A stretch of 64,000 nucleotides of DNA from Bacteroidales bacterium (GCA_045633585.1 JAZQYR010000017.1:175716-239715); one strand, 5' to 3'; positions 1-8,034 are shown, counted from the first letter of the stretch. The notes: generated from the sequence alone by a model not told the origin. Made by a program: numbers and translations.

Positions 1-75
1 AAACTCGGATTCTCCTCACAGACAATGTTTTCCATATTCTTCAGGAGAAAAGAAAAATGCTCGCCAACGGAATTT

Positions 76-340
76 AGAACTAAGAACTAATTTTCAATTT
101 CCAACTTCCAATTATGCATTATGAATTATGCATTATGAATTGATTTTAGGGCGTTCGGCTATCGCCGCCGGGCTTTCCGCTATATCTTTGCTCGTTACCT
201 CGCAAAGGATGCCGCTCCAATCCCTAACGCATTGGGCGATGGAAATGGCGTTTTTTTACACATCGAATCATCTCAAATCCATAAGGCGTGCCTTATGCTA
301 TATATGTTTCGCCCTTTCAGGGCTCTTAGTTCTTAGTTCT
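76..340. repeat. 265-bp intergenic segment bounded by a perfect 15-bp inverted repeat (AGAACTAAGAACTAA 76-90 / TTAGTTCTTAGTTCT 326-340). It encloses GC-rich repeat copy A.
   Basis: Both arms were read directly and are exact reverse complements. The interior has no credible CDS. Confidence 0.8.
149..230 (+). repeat. GC-rich ~82-nt intergenic repeat, copy A (copy B at 8270-8350)
   Basis: Shares GGGCGTTC, a 20-nt block GGGCTTTCCGCTATATCTTT (170-189) and a 27-nt block AAAGGATGCCGCTCCAATCCCTAACGC (204-230) with copy B. About 60% G+C by my count, in AT-rich surroundings. Confidence 0.85.
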
Positions 341-451
341 GCGTTCTCAACTTTTTATTTCTGGAACTAACTTTTATAAAATCGGAACAAAGAAAAACAT
401 TTCTTGATTTAAATTCATTCTTTTGCAGCGTAATTTAAAATCTGTTAAGAA

Positions 452-1318
452 ATGAAAGAAAGAATAGAAAAAAATCTTGCTGAATTATTAAAAGGTGGTG
501 TTATCATGGATGTGACAAATCCAGAACAAGCTCGTATCGCTGAAGCTGCTGGCGCAATGGCAGTTATGGCTCTTGAAAGAGTTCCTGCTGACATCAGAGC
601 AGCGGGCGGAGTGTCTCGTATGAGCGACCCTAAAATGATCAAAGAAATACAAAAAGCCGTATCAATTCCTGTCATGGCAAAATGCCGTATCGGTCATTTC
701 GTTGAAGCACAAATCCTTGAAGCAATCGGCATCGACTATATTGACGAAAGTGAAGTCCTCTCTCCTGCTGACGACGTATTCCATGTCAACAAGAGACAAT
801 TCAATGCTCCGTTTGTATGCGGCGCACGTGACTTAGGCGAGGCTTTACGTCGCATCAGCGAAGGCGCTATGATGATTAGAACAAAAGGCGAAGCTGGCAC
901 TGGCGACATCGTCCAAGCTGTACGTCACATGAGAATGATGCAGTCAGAAATCAGAAGAGTCGTTTCTCTCAATGTCGATGAGTTATATGAAGTTGCAAAG
1001 GAATTGAGAGTTCCATTTGAATTGATACAATACGTTCACGACAACGGAAAATTGCCAGTTCCTAATTTCGCTGCTGGCGGCGTAGCGACACCTGCTGACG
1101 CAGCATTGATGATGCAACTCGGCGCTGAAGGCGTATTCGTTGGAAGCGGCATCTTCAAGAGCGGCGACCCAATGAAGAGAGCTACTGCTATCGTAAAAGC
1201 CGTTGCAAACTATAATAACCCAGAAGTTTTGGCAGAGTTAAGCGAAGACCTCGGCGAAGCTATGGTCGGCATCAACGAAAACGAAATCAAGATATTGATG
1301 GCTGAACGCGGAAAGTGA
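452..1318 (+). CDS. pdxS: Pyridoxal 5'-phosphate synthase, lyase subunit PdxS
   Basis: 288-aa ORF with ATG start. [35 protein letters not shown] and VMAKCRIGH segments are typical of PdxS/SNZ. A hairpin terminator follows. Confidence 0.95.
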   Translation: MKERIEKNLAELLKGGVIMDVTNPEQARIAEAAGAMAVMALERVPADIRAAGGVSRMSDPKMIKEIQKAVSIPVMAKCRIGHFVEAQILEAIGIDYIDESEVLSPADDVFHVNKRQFNAPFVCGARDLGEALRRISEGAMMIRTKGEAGTGDIVQAVRHMRMMQSEIRRVVSLNVDELYEVAKELRVPFELIQYVHDNGKLPVPNFAAGGVATPADAALMMQLGAEGVFVGSGIFKSGDPMKRATAIVKAVANYNNPEVLAELSEDLGEAMVGINENEIKILMAERGK

Positions 1319-1354
1319 TTGGCTTTTGGCTTTTAGCTATTGGCCGTTGGCTAT

Positions 1355-1390
1355 AAAAAAACTGCGAGAAAAAATCTCGCAGTTTTTTTT
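1355..1390. terminator. Bidirectional intrinsic terminator (A-run, CTGCGAGA/TCTCGCAG stem, T8)
   Basis: 8-bp stem 1362-1369/1375-1382 flanked by A6 and T8, between convergent pdxS and the lipoprotein gene. Confidence 0.8.
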
Positions 1391-1391
1391 G

Positions 1392-1916
1392 TCATTTGCT
1401 TGTGGCTTCAAATTGAATGGCTCCGCTTACATTATAAGTTTCACCACCTAGTCCCGAGATATTAACGTCACATGTGCCGGATGAAACCGTTGACTTCCAA
1501 TTCAACACCTTAGAATTATATACGGATACCGATGGATTCTTGAGTTCCACGTCACAATATATCGCTCCATATTCTGAAGAATAAAGCAAACCATCATAAC
1601 GGTTATTCTGCAATTTCAATCCCAAACCATCATAATAACCTTCAAAAAACATCTCGCTAAACATTCCATTAACGCCGTTGATCTGCATTGTGACATTACC
1701 AGCATCATCTTTTTTAGCCACAACAGCCGTAGTCTCAATAGCTTTTGTTGGAATCAGCATACTACTATTTCCGTACTTAATAGTAATATTCGGAGTTATT
1801 TTAACATTATATTCCCCAACCACTTTTTCTATACCGCCTTCATTATCAGGTCCACAAGACGACAGCGCTAACACACAGAACGCCAACAAACAATAAATTA
1901 CACTCTTAGTTTTCAT
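1392..1916 (-). CDS. Hypothetical lipoprotein, paralog of 1993-2511
   Basis: ORF track gives 1392-1943. I prefer the ATG at 1916 (MKTKSVIYCLLAFCVLALSSCG, signal peptide plus lipobox Cys) because the extra codons overlap the upstream hairpin. VGEYNVKITP aligns with VGTYNMTVTP of the neighbour. Confidence 0.7.
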   Translation of the reverse strand: MKTKSVIYCLLAFCVLALSSCGPDNEGGIEKVVGEYNVKITPNITIKYGNSSMLIPTKAIETTAVVAKKDDAGNVTMQINGVNGMFSEMFFEGYYDGLGLKLQNNRYDGLLYSSEYGAIYCDVELKNPSVSVYNSKVLNWKSTVSSGTCDVNISGLGGETYNVSGAIQFEATSK

Positions 1917-1935
1917 AATGATATTTTTTAATAAA

Positions 1936-1961
1936 AGAGACACATCAAAAAATGTGTCTCT
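1936..1961 (-). terminator. Hairpin AGAGACACAT/ATGTGTCTCT downstream of the 1993-2511 gene
   Basis: 10-bp perfect stem with a 6-nt loop, followed on the minus strand by TTTATT. A weak T-run, so it may only attenuate read-through into the next paralog. Confidence 0.5.
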
Positions 1962-1992
1962 ATAACGATATAAATTCTATAATATTATACAA

Positions 1993-2511
1993 CTATATTC
2001 TTGTTCCGACGAAACCAATCTTGCCTGTAAGCGGAGCTTCTATCTTTATTCCCATAACATTCATTCCTATAGATCCACCAACATTTGATTCCCAAGAAAT
2101 CTGACCTCCGACTGGTTCAAGTGCTGTTGCCGACTTAACAATGACATTCATATCCATGTTACCAAAAGTTTCGTCAGACATTGTTTCGTTGATTTGCACC
2201 TCGTTGATATGCATTCCAAGTTCATCACACTCTGCAGTAGCCTCAAACAAAGGCGTTGCACCTGCTGCATTCTCAGTTATTGTAACTGAAACCTCAGCAC
2301 TGTTTTCAATCTGGCTTATAACGCATACAAAACCGCCAATAGCGTCTGTAGGAAAATCCTGTTGCTCACCCATAAGAGTCATAGTCAACACTGGCGTTAC
2401 CGTCATATTATAGGTACCTACATAATTTTGGACGTACTTACCTTTGTTGCAACTTGTCAATGACATTGCACATACTGCTAAGAAGAATACTAATAACGTT
2501 TTGATTTTCAT
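1993..2511 (-). CDS. Hypothetical lipoprotein, paralog of 1392-1916
   Basis: MKIKTLLVFFLAVCAMSLTSCNKG signal peptide plus lipobox. Same length class and N-terminal similarity to the downstream gene. Confidence 0.7.
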   Translation of the reverse strand: MKIKTLLVFFLAVCAMSLTSCNKGKYVQNYVGTYNMTVTPVLTMTLMGEQQDFPTDAIGGFVCVISQIENSAEVSVTITENAAGATPLFEATAECDELGMHINEVQINETMSDETFGNMDMNVIVKSATALEPVGGQISWESNVGGSIGMNVMGIKIEAPLTGKIGFVGTRI

Positions 2512-2577
2512 AGTGATTTTTTTAAATTGGTTAATAATTTTGTTGTTTTATTTCACTAGCAAATTTAAAAAAAAACA

Positions 2578-4440
2578 TTATTCAACAACAATTCTTGACA
2601 CTTTTTTATTCATTTTTTTATCAACGCCTTCAATAAAATAGACACCAGCATTATAATCTGACATATCTATTGTAACGATTTCTGCGTCAACTTTTATCGA
2701 TGTAACTTGCTGTCCTTGTACATTATAAATGTTAATTTTATTTAACCCCTTTGCATTAACATTCAACTTGTCGCTTGCAGGACTTGGATATACATCAAAA
2801 GTATTTACCGACTGTTCATCAATGCTTTCACCGTCATTATCATCATCTTCTCCTTCCCCATCATCAAAAACGTCAGCGCCTTTTGTAAGCCATTCGAGAC
2901 TGAAGTTATAGAAAACAGTGCTGTAGTTATCTTTGCCTGTATAGAAATCCTCTTCAACATAGAAACCGATTGTATTGTCAGGCAAAATGCACAATGAAGA
3001 ATAAGCTGAGCTATAAGGAACAATGCAACGAGATGTTGGCCATGTTTCGCCTTCGTCATAACTTACGAATACTGTGACATTCTTTCTATCTGTGCCTGTT
3101 GGGACAGAGTGAAGAATTCTGTTTTTATCATCGCCATTATTCACTGAAGTATAGCGTATCATATCGCCATTACATGCAGGAGCTGCGATGTCGTACCATG
3201 TTGAAGGATTATATTGCCAAGTCACGCCACCATCGCTTGAAACGTTATACCATCTGTTGCCACCATGTCTGATACTCATAAGTATACGACCGTCAACAAG
3301 TTCTGTAACCTTAGCCTCATCGCCGCCTACAGAAGCGCGACCAGACACATTCCAAGTCTCGCCATTGTCATCAGAATAAACCACATAATTATATAATGTG
3401 TTATTGTTACCGCTTTCTCTTATCGCAGCAACGAACATAATTCTGCCAGTTGATGTCAACAAACCGTTTCCTGAACCGAAGAATGAAGCGTACCAATTTT
3501 TACGAGTTGGATCTGTACAGTCTTTTCCATAGATAAAATGTGTAATCACCTCAGGTTCAGTCCAAGTCTGACCGTTGTCGTTACTTCTCACCATATAAGA
3601 ATTCTGAGGAACATTTGGTGTTGAAGTCCACAAACCTTGACCGCCTACGAACACAGCCAACAAACCGTTTTCGTCTTTAGAATGGACGAGAGCAGCATCG
3701 CCATAACCTTGAAATCTTCCAGTGCCTTGTGCAATTGTTATTGGCTCGCTCCATGTATGACCTCCGTCTGTACTTCTATTGCATATAATATCGATATCTT
3801 CAGGAAGGTCAGTGTTATTGTATTTACGTTTATCTGTAAATGCTACTATAGAACCATCTTTTGCAGTGATGACTGCAGGAATACGATAGTTGGAGGAGTT
3901 ATAGTCACCTGGACGAAGCAATGTTGTACGAGCCAAGATAATCTCGCGACTGCCTGTTGGTGATGGATTCTTCATTTCAAAAGTCTCATTATCAGTAACA
4001 ACAGACAACAAAGACATATCAACGAAATTACCTTCCACTGCATCTGCAGCAACATTGACAGTCAACCATAAATAGTTAATACCTTTTAACAATTGACCTT
4101 CAAGTACACATTCAAAATCGCCTTCTGATGGTGAGCAGCTGCCGAGCAAAGTAGCAGTTTCCATGAATCTGCCATTGGCATAATCCTTAAGACCTGTTGA
4201 GTAAATTCTGATTTCTTCTACATCAGATATACTTGTAGTTCCATTCAAATTAAGCTTAACTGACTGCAAACCAACAGAATCAACGCCTTTATACTGAACT
4301 GAAGCCTTCAAAATCAATTCATCTGTATTTGCACGAGCTGTAAGCTGTGTCTCTTGTTTTAAAATCACACTGATTTCACTTTGCGCAAATGACGCCAAAG
4401 AAATGAATGTCAATAAAACTAATGTCAAAATCTTTTTCAT
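2578..4440 (-). CDS. Exo-alpha-sialidase (GH33-like) with N-terminal accessory domain and T9SS C-terminal sorting domain
   Basis: YRIPA (FRIP-type) motif and five Asp-box repeats (STDGGHTW, SNDNGQTW, SDDNGETW, SSDGGVTW, SYDEGETW). Signal peptide, acidic linker DDGEGEDDDNDGE, and a C-terminal ~80 aa VYPSPASDKLNV...GVYFIEG typical of T9SS cargo. Confidence 0.9.
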   Translation of the reverse strand: MKKILTLVLLTFISLASFAQSEISVILKQETQLTARANTDELILKASVQYKGVDSVGLQSVKLNLNGTTSISDVEEIRIYSTGLKDYANGRFMETATLLGSCSPSEGDFECVLEGQLLKGINYLWLTVNVAADAVEGNFVDMSLLSVVTDNETFEMKNPSPTGSREIILARTTLLRPGDYNSSNYRIPAVITAKDGSIVAFTDKRKYNNTDLPEDIDIICNRSTDGGHTWSEPITIAQGTGRFQGYGDAALVHSKDENGLLAVFVGGQGLWTSTPNVPQNSYMVRSNDNGQTWTEPEVITHFIYGKDCTDPTRKNWYASFFGSGNGLLTSTGRIMFVAAIRESGNNNTLYNYVVYSDDNGETWNVSGRASVGGDEAKVTELVDGRILMSIRHGGNRWYNVSSDGGVTWQYNPSTWYDIAAPACNGDMIRYTSVNNGDDKNRILHSVPTGTDRKNVTVFVSYDEGETWPTSRCIVPYSSAYSSLCILPDNTIGFYVEEDFYTGKDNYSTVFYNFSLEWLTKGADVFDDGEGEDDDNDGESIDEQSVNTFDVYPSPASDKLNVNAKGLNKINIYNVQGQQVTSIKVDAEIVTIDMSDYNAGVYFIEGVDKKMNKKVSRIVVE

Positions 4441-4454
4441 AATATAGTGTTAAA

Positions 4455-4910
4455 TTATTTCTTCATTATAAATGCCAATAAAGCCTCACATCCTTCACTA
4501 ACGTCATCCCATGTAGCCTGAAAATCGCCTGTATACCAAGGATCTGCGACATCGGCAGGACGAGAGGTGTAATCCATCAAGAGAGAGACCTTACCTTGAG
4601 GGTCATTACTTAACATATTTTTAAGATTACGGATATTACTTTGATCCATCGCGACGATATAGTCGTAATAATCGTAATCCCTCTTTGTTATCTGACGTGC
4701 GGTCTTGCCCTTACAATCGATTCCATGCTCAGCGAGTTTCTGGCGTGCTGGCGGATAAACAGGATTGCCTATTTCATATGTCGAAGTAGCAGCCGAAGCA
4801 ATCTCAAATTCGTGCGACAAACCAGCTTTCTCCACTATGTCTTTCATCACGAATTCCGCCATAGGACTTCTACAGATATTGCCCAAACACACGAAGATTA
4901 TCTTTTTCAT
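4455..4910 (-). CDS. Low-molecular-weight protein-tyrosine phosphatase
   Basis: CLGNICRSP P-loop (CX5R-S) near the N-terminus and a DPWY Asp loop. 151 aa. Confidence 0.9.
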   Translation of the reverse strand: MKKIIFVCLGNICRSPMAEFVMKDIVEKAGLSHEFEIASAATSTYEIGNPVYPPARQKLAEHGIDCKGKTARQITKRDYDYYDYIVAMDQSNIRNLKNMLSNDPQGKVSLLMDYTSRPADVADPWYTGDFQATWDDVSEGCEALLAFIMKK

Positions 4911-4926
4911 ACTTTTATCTTATTGA

Positions 4927-6096
4927 TTACAAACACATTTCATATATCTTAACAATATCTTCTTTTGTCAAAGGTTTAAAACCTTTCAAGACAGCACCGC
5001 CGCAAGCCTTCTCTGCCATATCCTCGAAATGTTCTCTTCCAATGCCTAGCTCGCTCAATGTACTCTTGAGACCTAATGTCTTGAAGAAGAAATCGTATAA
5101 TCTTTGGATGCCTTCTTTTGCTATCGCCATATCATCTTGATTTGCATCGACGCCGAAGACATTGACAGCGAACTGTACATATCTAGAGACGTTAGTCTCG
5201 TCCAAGCAATATTCCATCCAGCGAGGTGTGAGGATTGCGAGACCGAGACCGTGAGTGATGTCGTAATAAGCAGAAAGCTGATGTTCCATTGGATGGCAGC
5301 TCCAAGCCTTTGCTCTGCCGCCGTTGATAAATCCGTTGATAGCCCATGATGAAGTCCACATCAGGTTAGCGCGAGCTTCGTAGTTATCAGGAGTTTCCAT
5401 TGCCACAGGAGCAAATTTCACGACAGTCTTCAACATACCTTCCATAAAAGTGTCAAGCATGAAAAGGTCTTTGTTCATATTGAAATAAACCTCCATGATA
5501 TGCGACATGATATCAACAGAACCGCAAGCTGTCTGATATTGACTTACGGAATATGTCAATGTTGGGTCAAGGAAAGAAACTTTTGGAAGGAGGTTTGGAT
5601 CGAGGCGTCCGATTTTATCGTCGGTCTCTGGATTGCTGATAACCGCAGCAGTGTCCATCTCAGAGCCTGTAGCTGAGAGAGTTAATATTGTAACGATAGG
5701 CAGCGCTTTGTTTATAGGAGCTTTTTTCTCGTTCATGAAATCCCACGCGTCATGCTCTACGCAAGCTGCAGCTGCCATGATTTTAGTAGCGTCTATTGTC
5801 GAACCGCCGCCTACAGCAAGCAAGACGTCAATATTGTTTTCCTTACATATCTGTGCGCCTTTTCTTACTGAGTCGATACGAGGATTTGGTTCGATACCTG
5901 AGAGTTCAAAGACTTCAAGACCAGCCTTTTTCATTTCCGACATCACATTGTCGTAAAGACCAGTTTTCTTAATAGAACCGCCGCCGTATGTCATAAGGAC
6001 GCGCGTTCCGAACTTGCTTAACTCTTCACCCAAGTGAGACAACTGATTCTCACCGAAATATACTTTTACCGGTATGTTATAAACGAAATTATTCAT
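4927..6096 (-). CDS. Iron-containing (group III) alcohol dehydrogenase, YqhD/BdhA-like
   Basis: GGGSTIDATK nucleotide-binding motif and a CHPMEHQLS...THG metal-ligand region. 389 aa. Confidence 0.85.
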   Translation of the reverse strand: MNNFVYNIPVKVYFGENQLSHLGEELSKFGTRVLMTYGGGSIKKTGLYDNVMSEMKKAGLEVFELSGIEPNPRIDSVRKGAQICKENNIDVLLAVGGGSTIDATKIMAAAACVEHDAWDFMNEKKAPINKALPIVTILTLSATGSEMDTAAVISNPETDDKIGRLDPNLLPKVSFLDPTLTYSVSQYQTACGSVDIMSHIMEVYFNMNKDLFMLDTFMEGMLKTVVKFAPVAMETPDNYEARANLMWTSSWAINGFINGGRAKAWSCHPMEHQLSAYYDITHGLGLAILTPRWMEYCLDETNVSRYVQFAVNVFGVDANQDDMAIAKEGIQRLYDFFFKTLGLKSTLSELGIGREHFEDMAEKACGGAVLKGFKPLTKEDIVKIYEMCL

Positions 6097-6179
6097 GATT
6101 TTATATATTTTCTACAAAGATAATAAAAGGCTAAAGACAAATGGCTAAAGACAAAAGTTTTTTAACGTATTTTTTAAAG

Positions 6180-6890
6180 TCAGCGAGTCAATTCTTCACG
6201 TAGTTTTTCCAACAATAAAGGTACACCAACCGCACCACGTTCTTTGATGTGAGTCAGAGGATTTTGAATCATTGAGGTATCAGGCATTCCTGGGTCGACC
6301 AAATAAATCGGCACTTGTCTATCACGCACATAATATACCAATGACGCAGCAGGATAAACTGCCAACGATGTCCCCACGACAATCAAAATATCAGCTTGTT
6401 CAACGATGCTGCTAGCGAATTCGAACATCGGCACATCCTCACCGAAGAACACAATATGAGGTCGTAGCAAGGCTCCATCTTCAGCGCGCTCATCAAGGCT
6501 CTGCTCCCACCCTTTGATGTCGTATATAAGTTCAGGATTTTTCTCAGAACGTAACTTCATCAATTCACCATGAAGATGTACCACACGAGTAGAACCAGCT
6601 TGTTCGTGAAGGTTATCGACATTCTGTGTAATAACGCAAACATCAGCCCACTGTTCCATCTCGGCGATAGCGATATGACCTGCATTAGGTTTCTTAGTCA
6701 ATGATTCCTTGCGACGTAAATTATAGAACTCTACAACTTTTTCTCTGTTATTTCTCAATGCTTCGGGAGTACACACTTCTTCAATACGATAATTAGCCCA
6801 AAGGCCGTCAGCATCACGGAATGTCGCGATACCACTATCGGCACTGACACCAGCACCAGTAAACACCACTATATTTTTCTTTTTGTTCAT
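6180..6890 (-). CDS. Sir2-family NAD-dependent protein deacylase (CobB-like) lacking the zinc-ribbon cysteines
   Basis: GAGVSADSGIATFRD, QNVDNLHEQAG, catalytic HLHG and VVGTS motifs. There is no CxxC pair between HLHG and RPHIVFFGE. Confidence 0.85.
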   Translation of the reverse strand: MNKKKNIVVFTGAGVSADSGIATFRDADGLWANYRIEEVCTPEALRNNREKVVEFYNLRRKESLTKKPNAGHIAIAEMEQWADVCVITQNVDNLHEQAGSTRVVHLHGELMKLRSEKNPELIYDIKGWEQSLDERAEDGALLRPHIVFFGEDVPMFEFASSIVEQADILIVVGTSLAVYPAASLVYYVRDRQVPIYLVDPGMPDTSMIQNPLTHIKERGAVGVPLLLEKLREELTR

Positions 6891-6950
6891 AATAAAATCA
6901 GCTAATCAAAATACTTCTTTCGTATAGAAACATTGGATCGAATAAATGAT

Positions 6951-7400
6951 CTAAATCCCTCCATAAATATCTTCAATATGAAACTCCAAATCATTACCCC
7001 AATTTACATTGCCATCCACCAACTTGCCTTTCTTAAAATTTGCAATATCCAAATACTTATTGTATTGCGAATGCGGATGTTTTCTGATAAAATCTCCCAC
7101 ATCTATTTTCCTACGAGTTTCATCATTAAACAGAATATCCATCGTCAAATCTTCATTAAAAACAATTTCTACAATCTTGATTTGATTTTTCATAACCCAA
7201 TAGATTTCATTTATATCAGTTACTACAATTAGTTCACCTATATCGTTAACCTTTACTATGTGTGGATGTCCTGTGTAACGAGGTTTATTTGAAAAATCAA
7301 GATGAAAATATCTTAATCCGTCACATTCCAAGCAAAAATGGACTATATCCAATCCGTGTTTATCAGCAAATTGTTTTACTATATCTTGATAATCTGCCAT
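6951..7400 (-). CDS. Hypothetical protein; C-terminal half DUF2442-like, N-terminal half possibly DUF4160-like
   Basis: 149-aa ORF 12 nt downstream of hicB. The C-terminal pattern IVEIVFNEDLTMDILFNDETRRKIDV...NVNWGNDLEFHIEDIY resembles DUF2442. The N-terminal GLRYFHLDFSN...GHPHIVKV resembles the FxFxSN..H.PPHxHV core that I recall for DUF4160. Confidence 0.55.
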   Translation of the reverse strand: MADYQDIVKQFADKHGLDIVHFCLECDGLRYFHLDFSNKPRYTGHPHIVKVNDIGELIVVTDINEIYWVMKNQIKIVEIVFNEDLTMDILFNDETRRKIDVGDFIRKHPHSQYNKYLDIANFKKGKLVDGNVNWGNDLEFHIEDIYGGI

Positions 7401-7412
7401 AAGTAATTCCCT

Positions 7413-7805
7413 CTACTTCACACTTAAAAACTCCTGTCCTATTTTATGCAAACCATTGATAATAATCTCTCTTTTATCTTTACGAGGATTTCTATAACCA
7501 CTAAGATAATGTCCCAACTGACGCTGGTTGATACCCGTAATTCTGCTTAAAGCCGCTCTTGTCAATATCTTATCATAATGATGAAGCAATGCTGAAACTG
7601 ACAATTCAAATTCCAATTCATATTCTTCTTTAAGACAGTCTGGCAGTTCGTCATATTCAGATCCTTCAATATGAAATTCCAATGCCGACTTATACGCTTC
7701 TTTCACGCCATCAATTGTCGCATGCGTCGCCACACATCCCGGAATCAAATCTGAACATGCTCCATAATTATCATTCCATACGATATTAACCAAAATCTTT
7801 TTCAT
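7413..7805 (-). CDS. hicB: HicB-family antitoxin with C-terminal HTH
   Basis: Its start lies 1 nt after the hicA stop. N-terminal HicB-like fold pattern (YGACSDLIPGCVATHATIDGVKEAYKSALEFHIEG) and a C-terminal HTH (LSRITGINQRQLGHYLSGYRNP). Confidence 0.8.
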   Translation of the reverse strand: MKKILVNIVWNDNYGACSDLIPGCVATHATIDGVKEAYKSALEFHIEGSEYDELPDCLKEEYELEFELSVSALLHHYDKILTRAALSRITGINQRQLGHYLSGYRNPRKDKREIIINGLHKIGQEFLSVK

Positions 7806-7806
7806 A

Positions 7807-8001
7807 TTATCTTAATCCTGCTTGTTTAAAAATACTTATCAATAACTCCTGATCTTGAGTCTCATTCATTTTACCATTTATCGTAACGGTTCCTTTTTTA
7901 ATAGGATGTTTGTATTGTCTATGACTACCCTTTTGTCTCACAAAATACCAGCCATCTTCTTCCAATATTTTAATCACAGTTTTGGTTTTTAGTTTCTCCA
8001 C
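7807..8001 (-). CDS. hicA: HicA-family mRNA interferase toxin
   Basis: 64 aa, ILEEDGWYFVRQKGSHRQYKHP is the HicA signature. GTG start at 8001, preceded by GGAGGGAAG. Confidence 0.85.
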   Translation of the reverse strand: MEKLKTKTVIKILEEDGWYFVRQKGSHRQYKHPIKKGTVTINGKMNETQDQELLISIFKQAGLR

Positions 8002-8026
8002 ATCTTCCCTCCCTTCAAACCTTTTG

Positions 8027-8034
8027 CAAAGATA
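8027..8034 (-). promoter_or_regulatory. -7 promoter element TATCTTTG for hicAB
   Basis: Exact TAnnTTTG match on the minus strand, about 26 nt upstream of the GTG start. Confidence 0.55.

Noticed and set aside
1-35. Possible 5' end of a minus-strand gene leaving the window (ATGGAAAACATTGTCTGTGAGGAG... reading leftwards from 35)
   Set aside because: Only 11 codons are visible, which is too little to support a CDS call.
128-370. 80-aa ORF from the six-frame track
   Set aside because: It reads straight through the GC-rich repeat and the flanking stutter repeats, has no promoter or start context, and copy B of the repeat is not in an equivalent ORF. It is most likely spurious.
1362-1382. Shared 12-mer CTGCGAGAAAAA between the terminators at 1362 and 33464
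   Set aside because: The stems differ in register (8 bp versus 7 bp) and the flanks are just A/T runs. This is most simply convergent terminator design rather than a repeat family.
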